DNA of 43,776 nt from Fonticula alba ATCC 38817 (taxonomy: Eukaryota; Protista; Nucleariida), in NCBI GenBank assembly GCA_000388065.2, contig KB932202.1. One strand, written 5' to 3'. The position numbers and the translations under genes are program-made. Below, in pieces: positions 1-10,900 of this stretch (the stretch's first letter is position 1; every line of letters starts with the position of its first letter). Below the pieces are notes generated by a model, which was not told the origin of the DNA, did not search any database, and was given only the letters and a program-made list of their open reading frames with translations.

Positions 1-301
1 CCCCAGCCCTACCCTGCGGGGCCCTCGGGAATATGCCGGGGCCGGGGGTGGCTGCCCCCCCGCCCCCCCTTCCCACACGGAAGCTCCGGCCATGCCCCCG
101 GCCACATCCAGCCAGACGCACCCGGGCGCAGGGCCGGGACTCATGCTCCTTTCAAGATGAGCCAGGCCCAGGCACTGGGCCGGTGAGGCGCTCGACTAAA
201 CCCCTCCCCCTTCTGCCTCTCCCCTCCCCCCCCCTGGCCCCTCCCAATTGCCTCCCCCCTCTCTCTGTCTCCTCTTTCTCCCTCCCTCTGCACAGATCGC
301 C

Positions 302-1114
302 ATGCTCTCTCGGTCTGTTGGTCTGGTTCGCGTGGCCAGCGCGCGCCCGCTTCTGCGCACCCTCAGCCGCCCGTTCTCTTCGGCGGCCACCCCGCCGGGA
401 GCCGCTGTCGGCTTTGATGAGGACTACGTCGACGAGCCGCCCACCGAGGAGGAGCCTGCCCCGGCCAAGGCCGGCTTCGTCAAGTCGCCGCTGACCCGGC
501 GCCAGCCGGCGGCCTCTGCCGGGGCCTGGTACGCCGAGCTGCTGGAGGTTTCGCCGCTCGTGGCTCCGTCGGTCGACCCGGCCGACATGTACCTCGACCA
601 GGCGGCCGCCCTGGCCCAGAAGGAATCCATCACGGCCTGGGTCAAGGGCAAGATCGCCGAGGTCGGCATGGCCCATGGTGTGTCTGATGGGTCGCTCGGT
701 GACCGGGAGAGCAAGTTTAAGGTGCGTTGCTTTTCCTCCGTCTTTCCTCCTCCTTTGCACCTTGGTGGCCCGGGTTCGCTTTTCATCTGTCCGCTTCTCA
801 CGCGCCCCTCTTTTCGCCGCCTCCCGTGGGCCGCCCCCCCTTGCCATTGTGGCCGGGCCGCCCGGGGCCTCGAACAACCGCCTGCTCCTCGATTGCAGGT
901 CCTGGCCGAGCTTGAGAAGGGCTTCGGCTTCCGCGTGCCCAACCACATCCTCACCTCGGTGGCCAGCATGGACGACGTGGCTGCCTTCTACACCCCGGTC
1001 CTGACTTCGCCGATCCAGAGCGCCCTGGTGCCGACCGCCACCTCCGACATGATCGACATCCCGGCCAACTTGATTTTCACCACCTCGGTCCGGCGCAAGT
1101 CCGATGACAACTGA
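302..1114 (+). CDS. MRPL50: Mitochondrial ribosomal protein mL50 (211 aa); exons 302-721, 899-1114
   Basis: Arg/Ser-rich presequence-like N-terminus (MLSRSVGLVRVASARPLLRTLSRPFSS). After removing the GTGCGT...CAG intron 722-898 the protein reads L.DRESKFK|VLAELEKGFGFRVPNHILTSVASMDDVAAFYTPV...IPANL, matching the mL50 pattern L.D..LKF.LL..L....G..VPN..L.....V.DV..FY..PV...LP.NL. Confidence 0.8.
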   Translation: MLSRSVGLVRVASARPLLRTLSRPFSSAATPPGAAVGFDEDYVDEPPTEEEPAPAKAGFVKSPLTRRQPAASAGAWYAELLEVSPLVAPSVDPADMYLDQAAALAQKESITAWVKGKIAEVGMAHGVSDGSLGDRESKFKVRCFSSVFPPPLHLGGPGSLFICPLLTRPSFRRLPWAAPPCHCGRAARGLEQPPAPRLQVLAELEKGFGFRVPNHILTSVASMDDVAAFYTPVLTSPIQSALVPTATSDMIDIPANLIFTTSVRRKSDDN

Positions 1115-1123
1115 GTGCCCGCT

Positions 1124-1223
1124 GTCTCTCGTCGCCTCTCTCTCTCTCTCTCTCTTTCTCTCCCTTCCTTTCGGTGGTGCGCGTGGCAGCCGGCTGTTCA
1201 CGCATGAGCCACACGCACACGCG

Positions 1224-1254
<31 letters not shown>
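1124..1254. repeat. (CT)n and (CA)n microsatellites in the MRPL50 3' flank
   Basis: Directly visible dinucleotide runs. Confidence 0.9.
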
Positions 1255-1255
<1 letters not shown>

Positions 1256-1948
1256 TACCCCCCACGCACACACCCAGGCCTAAGCCCCGCCCAGCCGACG
1301 AACAGTCCCTAGCCCGGCATGCTCTGCCCCCCCCCCCCCTCCCCCCCCCGCGCGCGTCGGCGACACAGCGCGGCGAGGTCCCAGCTCGGGAGGGACAAGG
1401 AAACCTCCGGCCACACACGGGGGGCATCCATGATGCTCCCCGGTCCGCGGCTCGCGCCGGGGAACCGCGACTCCGACCCAAAACCAATAGACTTCAGACC
1501 TCGTGATCTAAATCCAACTGCCCACTATGGCTGGTGCCCCGCGAATATCCGGGGGCACCTCTCCTTTCGTCCAAGCGTGGGGCCGGGGGGGGGGGGCGGG
1601 TCCGGAACGTGTACATCGGCGGCGAAGGTCCCATTCCGGCCGTCTGACAAGAGCGCAGCGGCCGGGCTCCAGGCTGTGGTGCTCTTTTCTGGATGCGCGC
1701 TGGCCGATTCTCTCCGCCGAACTCCGGGCCCGGTCTGGACAATCGGCCCTGATCGCGTTGCGTTTGGCCGGAACAGGGCGGCCCGGGCCCTCGGGGGGGG
1801 GGGGCCACACACAAGGGCGCCGGTTCCCAGGCGGGGGAGGGGTTTTTTCTCGACCCCCCACGCCGTCGCCTCCTCAGGTGAGTCTACCTTTCGCAAGTGC
1901 CTTTTGCCCTTTCCCCACCTCCCCCCCCCCCTGTTGTTGCTTGCCCAA

Positions 1949-3716
1949 ATGTCGCACCTGTCCTCCTTCTTCCGGACGGTGCATATCCACTCGCCGGGCC
2001 TGATCGGCCGTTCGGCCGCCCGGCGCTTCCACAGCCCCACCAGCGCTCCGAGCCAGCACTCGCCGCAGGGCAACGCCTGGGGCAGCGTTTTCGGCGGGCA
2101 GTCGGTCCACCCGTCGCCGCCGAATCCGGGCGCTGCGCGGCCCATGGGCGGCGCTCCGCCCCGGTACCAGCCGCCGCCGCCGCACCTGCGCCAGATGGGC
2201 CGGCCGCCTGGCGGCCCGTCGGCCGGTGCGCCGTCCGGCTCTCGGCCGAGCCACGGCCGGCCAGGCGGTGGCAGTGGCGGCGGCGCGGGTCGGCCCGGCT
2301 GGCCTGGCCATTCCGGCCGCCATGGCCAGCCCACCCCGCCGGCTCAGCCCTCCGGCAGCAAGTTCCTCTATCTGGGCCTGGCGGCGGCCCTGGCACTGGT
2401 CATGTCGCTAGATCGGGTCACGGAGACCGGCCGCGTGCGGGTGAACTTCATTTCCCCGAACACCATGAAGATGATCGAGACCCGCGTGCGCGGCGCCGCC
2501 CTCAAGGACATCAAGGGCGCCCAGCTGCCGCCCAACCATCCGGTGCGCACCCGAGCTGCCGGCGTGGCTGCCATGTCTGCCTGCCCGCCTCGCCTGCCTG
2601 CTTTTCCTTTTGCCCGCCTGGGCCTGCACGCTGCTGGACTCGGGCCTAACATTGGATCCCCCTCTGGTCGGGCCCCTTGGCGCAGTTTGTCCAGCAGGTC
2701 GCCCAGGTGTCCAAAGCCCTGCTGGTGGCCGCCCAGCAGGACCCGGGCCAGTGGAATATTGTGGTCCTGGACAAGGACGTGGCCAATGCCTTTGTGACTC
2801 CCTTCCGCGATATTGTCATCTTCTCCGGTCTTCAGGAGATCACCCAGGACGAGAATGGCCTGGCCACGGTCATCGGCCATGAGGTGCGTCATCGCCGGTG
2901 ACGCGCCATCGCCCGCTGCGCGCCCCTCTCGCCCGTGTCCCATGACTGACATGTCCGGGGCAGATCTCCCACTACATGCTGGACCACCATGCCGAGAGCA
3001 TCTCCATGCAGATCCTGAGCAACATCGCGCGCCTGGCCCTGGCTGCCTTCGATGGTGGCGCGCTGTCGGGCACTCGCTTCTTCGATGTTCTCTTCAACCT
3101 GCCCTTCTCGCGCAGCTGCGAGCGCGAGGCTGACCATCTTGGGTGCGCTGCCCCTTTCCCCCCCCCCCCCCCCCCCCCTCCCCCGCCTGGGGCCTTGCTT
3201 TTGTTCTCCTTTGGCCACGCGCGATCCCGCACCCGCTCACCGACTCCCTGATGATGCTCTGCCGCTCGTGAACCGCCTCGCCCTTTCGCCCTCCCCCCCC
3301 CTCTCTCTCTCTCTCTCTCTCCGCCCAGTGTTCTCCTCATGGCTCGGGCCTGCTACGATCCGTCGGAAGCGTCGTCGGTATGGGCGCGCATGCGCTCGCA
3401 CGAGGGGCGCCTGTCGAACTCGCCGGTCGCGGCGCGGCTTGGCTCGCTCCTCAACTCCCACCCGAGTAGCATCGAGCGCGAGGCCAACATCAATTCCCAC
3501 CTGCCGGAGGCCCGCTTCCACCGGAAGCTGGCTCGGTGTGATGTGTCGCAGCAAACGCGCGACGGCTTCAGCCGGTTTGCCTCCTCCTTCTTCTCGGATC
3601 GCCCCTCGATGTTTGACTCGTCCATGGAGGCCGAGGAGCTGCGCGATGTCTCCGGCCACATTCCGCCTCTTTTTGGCCAGCGCCTGAAGGAGCCCAAGGA
3701 CATCTACATCGAGTAG
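1949..3716 (+). CDS. OMA1: OMA1-like mitochondrial zinc metalloprotease, peptidase M48 (452 aa); exons 1949-2542, 2686-2883, 2964-3142, 3329-3716
   Basis: Motifs ANAFV, GLATVIGHE|ISH (HExxH reconstituted across intron 2884-2963), FSRSCEREADHLG|VLLMARACYDP and LNSHPS. All three introns are GT-AG, with CTAAC/CTGAC branch-like sites in introns 1 and 2. Exon phases close. The start codon is uncertain (see finding). Confidence 0.9.
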
Positions 3717-4713
3717 GGCAACAAGGGGACCGGCTGCCTTTCGAGGGATATCGTGCTCTCCTGCCCTCTTTTTCCCCCCCCCCCCCCCCCCCCCCCCGTT
3801 CTTGCTTCCAGGTATATCCGTCGCTGTCGGTCGATCTCCCGATGCCCGCGTGTGAGGGTATCAAATGGAATAGCTCGAGCTGCATCTCACCTTTGCTTGA
3901 TTGTTTGTCGCCCTGTGCCCGTGCTGCCAGCCGTGGCCGAGAGCCCGACCAAGGGAGTCATGAGGCCGTCGGGAGCGGGGCGGGACTCATGGACGAAAGA
4001 AGGCGGGGTCGTATGGAACGGCATCTGGAGAGAGAGAGAGAGGGAAGGCGAGAAGGATGGAGGGAAAGAGGGCATGGGAAAGAGGGTAGCGGAGGGAAGC
4101 AGAGAGAGAGAGAGAGGGAGGGAGGGACAAAGAAAATGGGGGGGAGAGGGAGAATCACAGATGGAGGGAGGATGACGACCGGGGCAAGGCGTCAGAAGGA
4201 CAGAGGCGAGGGGAAATCGACAAGCGCTACCGAGTGGGCCTGCAGCGAGGGACTACTTTGGAGCCGGACAACAGAAGCAGGGCGGGGCTCAAGTCGCCGG
4301 CGGGGGGACGAAGCCGAAAAAAAAAGCAAGAGCGAGGGCAAAAGGTAGAAGGTGACTCAATGATATTGGGCCTTTGCATCATCGATACACTCGAGACTGC
4401 GCTTCAACCCAGAAGCGCCCCATGTCCTATCCTTGTCGGAAGAGGAACATGCCGGAGGGCCTTTTATACCCTGGCAGGAGGCCGGCTCCGCATGGCCGGA
4501 GTCAAAGTGCCACCCTCAATTGAATGACAATGTGACCGGGGCCGGAGGGGCACGGCCATTTCCCTCTCTCAAACCCCGGTCGATCGGTCGATCGGGCAAA
4601 ATGTACCCCAAGCCCCAAAAATGGCGGCCGGGGGGGGGGGCAATGAGAGAGGAGGCAAAAACAAGAAATGGGCCGATCTATATTTTTAGGCGCCCGGGGA
4701 GCGTCCGGCCACA

Positions 4714-4756
<43 letters not shown>
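4714..4756. repeat. G43 homopolymer
   Basis: Directly visible; 7 nt beyond the GT61 stop codon. Confidence 0.9.
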
Positions 4757-4757
<1 letters not shown>

Positions 4758-4763
4758 CCTGGC

Positions 4764-6108
4764 TCAGGACGACTTGGATGGCTCGGGGGCCGCCAGCGGG
4801 TCAAGCGGATGGGGCACTGGCGGCCAGTCGACCGGCTCGGCCAGGGCTCGGAGCAGGAGCCGACGCACGGTGTCCACCGAAGCCAGGGCATTGTCGCGAG
4901 CCGGAGCAGCCTCGCCACCAGGCCCGGTTGCCGGCAACCAGCCTGGCCCGGCCGCATGCCACCAATGCCAGTGCCCGAGGACGCCGGCCAACAAGGGGAA
5001 GAGGTGGAATTCATGGTGCGCAGGCATCAACTCGATGACCGCGGCCCCGGGCGGGCAGAGGAGCATATTGTAGAAGGCCCCGCCATGGGGGCCCAGCAGG
5101 ACGGCCGCCCGTTCGAAGAGCGGCGCCGCCGACAGCAGCGACCCGGCTCCCGACGGGCCGGGAGGCGCCGGGGGCGGGTTGTCCTCGGTCGCGCGCCCGG
5201 CCTCGAAGAACACCGGCCGCAGGGGAACCCGGTGCAGCGACCCATCGGGGTGCCGGTAGGTCCGGACCCAGGGCTCGGCCTCCAGCATGCGCCAGATGGC
5301 CAGCTCATTGGGCAGGCTGCGGCCATTTTGCGCGCCGGTGGCTCGCTGCAGGAAAACCAGCCGATCCGGATGCCGGGGAAGGGCTCCGGCCGGGGCCGGC
5401 GAATCCGGCCATTGCCCCTCGCGCCCGGGTGGCCGAAAGCCCCGGGCCCGGCGCAGCAGCAGACCCCGGATGCGCCACCACAGGACCGGGTGCCAGATGG
5501 GGACCTCGGCGAAGGTGACAAATTCCTTGGCCAAGAAGAGAGCCCCTTCGGAGTCCGGGGCCGGGGGGGCCGGAGCAGCAGCTTCATGGGCCTCCGGCAG
5601 GTCCGGCAGCACGCACACCGCCTCGAGCTCCGCCCGGGGAAAGAGCCCGGCGGAGCTTTGGCGGATGGAGGGGAGCCGCCGGCCGGGCCCGGCCAGGCCG
5701 ATTCCAGCCCACAGAAGATCCCCGGCGCGCGCCGACCCCGGGGTACAGGTGGGACCGGGGTTGACGGTGGCCGTGTGCGGCGCAAAGGGGACCTCCCCAG
5801 TGAGGACCGTCAGTTCGTTGGCCCCGAGCTCCGGCAGGAATTCCGCCATCATGGCCAGCCGTGGCAGGCCGGCATCAATCAGATGCTGGAACATGCAGCC
5901 AAGTGGCACGCGCAGGTCGACCGCCACCGGGACCACGGGCAGGGGATGTTGGCTGGGGGATTTGGGGGGGGGGTCCCGCGCGTGCGATTTTCGCGTCAAT
6001 GAGGAGGGTAAAAAAGGGAGAACGCGACAGGGGGGAGGGGGGGGGGGGTGGACCTGGCAACCGGAGAATGGGTCCTGGAAGATCCACGACCAGGGCACTC
6101 CTCGGTAC

Positions 6109-6148
<40 letters not shown>

Positions 6149-7033
6149 GCAAGCAAGCAGGCAAGCAAAGAAAGGAGCCGACAAAAAAACCGAAAGAAGA
6201 ACGAAGGCACCCAAAAGAAGGCCGGCCTCACGGGGAGAGACGCACAAGTCCCCCCATGTGCTGGGGCCACACTTGCCCACCGGGACATTGGTGCGGATGG
6301 AGCTGCGACCGGTGGTGTGGAGGGGCGCATGGAAAATCCAAAGCCCCGGGTCCGAGGTTCCGGCGAAAAAGTCGTCCGCCGGCCCGTTGGCGGCCGCGGC
6401 ACAAAGTTCCGTCAGGCCTCGGCGTCCAGCGGGGGTCAGCCCGCGAAGACTATCCTCAGGCCGACCGGACCATTGGTCAAAGCCAACCGCATGCCAAACC
6501 ACGGGTGGCAATGGTGCGAGGGGAGGAGGCGGAGCCGGGGCACCGGCCGGACGTCCCGGGCCGCGCGGCATGCCGCCCAAGCGCCGGCCCGCTTCGGCGG
6601 CCCCTTCCCCGAGGGCTCCGACCGCCGCACAGGACAGCTGTGTGGCCCGGCGCCAGCTGGCCGCCGGGGCCTCCCCCTGGAAGAAGAGCGCCCGGTGGAG
6701 CGGATCCAAAAAGGAGGGCGGTCGAACTCCAAAAGCCGGGAACTCAAAGCGGATGACCTGCACATGGGATGCGGCCCGGCCGGCCCCGGTGCTGGTATCC
6801 GGCCCGGCATCGACCACCACCCCGCCGGCGGCCAGCAAAAAGGGCGCGCGCCTGGAGGCGGCCGATGCATCCTTGGCCGCTGACCGAGACACCAACCCGG
6901 CGGGGTCGTTGCCGGTACCGGCGGCCCCGGGGCCCCCGTCGGGCGGTCCTCGCAGCAGATACAGCACCGCCAGGCAGGCAAGCCCAAGGACCGCCGGCGG
7001 CAGCAATCGCCGGAGCGATCGCGGCAGGAGCAT
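4764..7033 (-). CDS. Type II membrane glycosyltransferase, family GT61 (DUF563/EOGT-like), 658 aa; exons 7033-6246, 5952-4764
   Basis: N-terminal signal anchor MLLPRSLRRLLPPAVLGLACLAVLYLL. C-terminal GT61 motif LFERAAVLLGPHGGAFYNMLLCPPGAAVIELMP and an upstream FQHLIDAGLPRL. Intron 6245-5953 is GTGCGT...CAG with matching phase 2. Confidence 0.75.
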
Positions 7034-7762
7034 CGACCGGATGCCGAGCAGGCCCGGAGGTCTGGGGACCAGCTGAAGGACAGGGAGCGGAGCAGGCCAG
7101 GCAGGCCGACAAGCTGACAGGCAGGAGGACGAGCCGAGCAGCAGAGGTGCGAGGCGGGAGGAAGGGAGCAAGTGGCGGCGGGGGGAAATCGGCGAGGCTT
7201 GTCGCGATCGTCGAGTGACCAGGCCCACGGCCGGGGGGACTTTTTCATGGCCGCCGCCGTGTGTGCCGAGAGATCTCCGGCCATCCCCGGGGGGGGCCCC
7301 CTGCTCCGGCGGGGGGCAGATCCCCCAGCGTCGAAACTGCCCCGGCCGGAGGCGATCGGCCCCCCCCCCCCGCTCCCGCTGCACTCGCTGACAGGGCTCC
7401 GCGTCACGTGCCTTCGCCCGGAGATTGCGCCCTCCCCGACTTCGATGCTGGCTGCGGGCAGATGCGGTGGGGCTTTTTTTTTTTTCCGGCCACTCCCCAG
7501 CGTGTGCCATCTTCTCCCGGGCGCATTCGGGGCGTGCTTCACCGGGGGCCGGAGACCGATCGGTGGGTGTGGCAGCGACACGGGTCCCTGACAATGGTGG
7601 TCTATCTCTATTTTAGCCGAGGCGATACACTGCCAAAGGCATTGCTGGGCTGCGGGGGAGGATATAAGGGGGAAAAAAGACAACAAAGAACCCTGGAAAG
7701 AGAGAAGGGAGAGCGCGAGAGCGAGAGCGAGAGGAGGGAGGGGGCATGGGCACACGCTAATA

Positions 7763-7765
<3 letters not shown>

Positions 7766-7844
<79 letters not shown>

Positions 7845-7862
7845 CACATGCACACATGCACA
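7766..7862. repeat. Compound (AC)n(GC)n(GCAC)n microsatellite, a 97-bp uninterrupted alternating purine-pyrimidine tract
   Basis: Directly visible. Related compound repeats lie at about 9583-9611, 17341-17412, 23632-23680, 24360-24432 and 31325-31356. Confidence 0.9.
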
Positions 7863-7914
7863 AGGGTGTGCGCCAGTGGGCGTCCCCCCGAAGCCCCATC
7901 AGCCGCCATCCGGC

Positions 7915-10900
7915 TCAGTGGTCCCTGGCCGCCGCGGCCGCTCCGGCCAGGAGGCGCTGATGCAGGCGGCCGGTCAAGATGATGAGCAATCCCCGCAGGG
8001 CGGCCCCGGCCCGGGCACGGGCACGGAACAGGCGCACCACCAGCAGCGCCAGCAGGAAGCTCGTGCCCAGGGAGACGCCCACCCCGAGGGGCCGCCGCTG
8101 GAGCAGGGCCACGGCCGTGTTCAGCATGGCACCCAGGCTGGCGGTCACGCCGCTGCCCACATCCCGGCCAGTCGCCGGGCGAGTGGCCGCCCGGCTGCCG
8201 CCGGCGGCGGCGGCCGCCCCGCCGGAGCCCGTCCCGCCGGTCGGGCCCCAGAAGCCGGACTGCTGATGGGGGTGGGCGAGAGGCCCGGGGGAGGAAGTGC
8301 CCCAGGTGCCGGATGGGGGGCCCGAGGCGTGGGCCTGGCCGGCGGCCAGGGCCACGGACGCGCGTGCGCTCAAGGCCCGGCCAGCCGGCGGGATGTCCAC
8401 CGTCCGGCAGGTGCCAGGCTCCTCCTCTTCGGGGAAGTCCCCGCTGCCGGAGAGGCCCGAGGTGCCCGGACGAGATGGGTGGCGCTCGGCCGTGGCCTGG
8501 CCGGCCGCGCGGCCGCACGGCTCGCCATGGCCCCCGGCCTCACTGTCATCCTCCTCGTCCAGGCCATCGTCATGGATGCGACTGATGCGCCGGGAGCCCT
8601 GAACCGTGATGTCCTTCCAGGCCGAGGCCGGGGCCTCGGCGGAGGCCGGCCGATGGCGCCCGGCAGGCCGCCACCCTTCGGGGCGCCGGTGGCGGACCAG
8701 GATCTTGACCATGGCATCGACGGCCGTCTCCGCGGTACTGCCAGCCAGGAGGGAAAGGTCCACGAAGATGCGCACCTCGCTGGCCTTGGGCCCGAGGCGC
8801 TCATCGACACAGTACCATGCCCGGACCAGGCACACGGTGGGGTGGGTGGATTCGATGTGCAGGTCGGCCCCGAAGGGGAAAGCCTCCCGGGGGATGCAGA
8901 TGACCGTGCGGCTGGGCCCCCGGGGGGGCATGTCCCCGGGCAGGTGCCGTGTCGGCCGCAGCCGGGCCAGCAGGTTCAATTCGAAGTAGCCCTCCTGCTG
9001 GAAGTGCGCCGGTTCGCCTCGGGCAATGGCTCCGCCCACTTGGCGCACGTAGGGCGATGGGCCGTGCTTGTGCAGGTGGTCCGCCATCCGATCCACCACC
9101 AGCGGAATTTCCGACCTGGCCACCATCAGCAGGTACTTGGGCAGCCAGCCACACGGGTCGGTCATGCTGATGTCTGTGGGGGCGAAATGCCCGCCCGGCC
9201 GGCCGGGGTGCAGGCATACCCCCCGCAAAAGCCCGACCACCGGGCGCGGCGCCCGAGCGAGCATGAGAGCGATGCAGCATCGCAGGACAGGGGCGGGCGG
9301 CGGGGGGGGGGGGATAGGGTGATTATGGCGGGTGATCGATTTGAGCGTACGCCCCGTGCCCATCGGTGGGGGGTGCATTGGATTTTCCACGCACATTGAA
9401 TGGGTCATGCCGAGCGTGCGTGCGTGTGAGCGCGTCCGAGAGAGAGAGAGAGAGAGAGAGCACAGGTAAGTAATCATCGGACAGGGGCCCTTGAGAAGGT
9501 GGAGGGTGGGCGTCGTGCGATGGCGTGTGTGTGGGCGGGTATGCGTTTGTGTGCAAGCCCACATCCATGCCCCAGTGCGTGTGCGTGTGTGTGGGTGCGC
9601 GCGCGCGCGCGCCGGGGCCGGCAGGCAGCCGCAGTGGCCAGGCGAGGCCTCATGGCCGGGGGGCACGCACGGGTGAGCATGGTCCGCGGGTGTTCCATCG
9701 TGGAATCGGGCGCCGGCTCGGCAGCCCAGAAGAGGACGTGCGTTTGCATGCGCACACAGCCGACCGGCGACCGGCTGTCCAGGGCCCGGGCCCAGGCCGG
9801 CACGTCCTGCTCCTCATTCAGCTGGGGGCACCCCATGCCGCCGAAGGACACGCTGTTGTGCAGCAGGGTGCCCCCGTGGCCGGAGGCCGGGTCCCACTGG
9901 TGCCCGGGCGTGTGGACCTCCTTGAAGTGACAGAGAACCACCATGTCCCGGGCCGACACCCCGAGGCGGCCATTCACCCGGGACTGGCTGATATAGGTGT
10001 CCGGGGCCAGGACCCGCCGAATGACCGCCCAATCATACAGCGGGACATCCCACTTCCGCCGGGGCTGGTTGTCGTACACGCAGGCCAGCAGCTGGCGCGG
10101 GGTCATGCCGTCAATCACGGTCCGGCAGGCGATCACCCCGAGCGGGGCCTGGGGATCGGCCCGCATGTAAACCTGCATGCGCACGCGCCCCATCGACCCG
10201 AGACTGGTCCACTTGCTTTTGTCCTCGGCATGCAGGTGCAAGGCTCGCTCCCAGGCCGCATCGCGCAGGGCCTCGGCCTCCGGGGGCAGGACGCATCCAT
10301 GCAGGGCGTCCAGGCCGCAATCGATGGTCGGCGGTTGCTGACCGTCGGCCCCGGGGGCCGGGCCAGCGGCCCCGTCCACCGGCAGCGGCGCCAGCTCCAA
10401 CATCCGGCTGCCCTGGTCGGTCAGGGGGGTCGGGTGCTTCGGGCCCCCGGGCAGGCACTTGTTGGCGAAGGGTCGCCGGAGGCGGGGGCCGGCGTGGCCG
10501 CCCAGGGCACTTGAGGGCCGGCCACCGGCCGGTCCGAGCTCCAGGTCATCGGCCAAGCCGGTGGAGGCGCTGCTGGCCGGGGTCAGCGGGGATGACCGGG
10601 CGTCCGTGAAATAGGACGAGTCATCGGTGGAGGTCAGGTCCAGCGGCGAGGACCCGGAGGCCATGAGCCCGGACAGGGCGGGGTGCTGCGGCCCGGGGCC
10701 ACACATCGCTGTGGCGCCGGAGCGCACCCCCTCGGCCGCCTCACTTCGGGCCATATCCTCCATGGAGAGTCGGTGCGCTATGGGGCCGGGGGGGGGGGGG
10801 GGGCGTTCCACAAGCGGCAGAGACCCCGGCACCGGTGGTCGAGAGGGTCCCAACCACGGGAAATGCCCGATACCAGCCCGGGGGCGTGGAGAAGGAGCGC

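Noticed and set aside
1319-1948. N-terminal extension of the 492-aa ORF upstream of OMA1
   Set aside because: It runs through poly-C and poly-G tracts and promoter-like sequence with no protein-like composition.
7261-9399. 712-aa + strand ORF and other long ORFs (4668-6002, 5287-6756, 11479-12930, 37144-38589, 38686-39750)
   Set aside because: These are antisense shadows of real minus-strand genes. High GC suppresses stop codons, and the translations are Arg/Gly/Pro-rich or run through microsatellites.
9440-9480. Minus-strand TTACTTACCTG as a U1 snRNA gene
   Set aside because: It is followed by (CT)n. I see no U1 stem-loops, ATTGCAC loop or Sm site.
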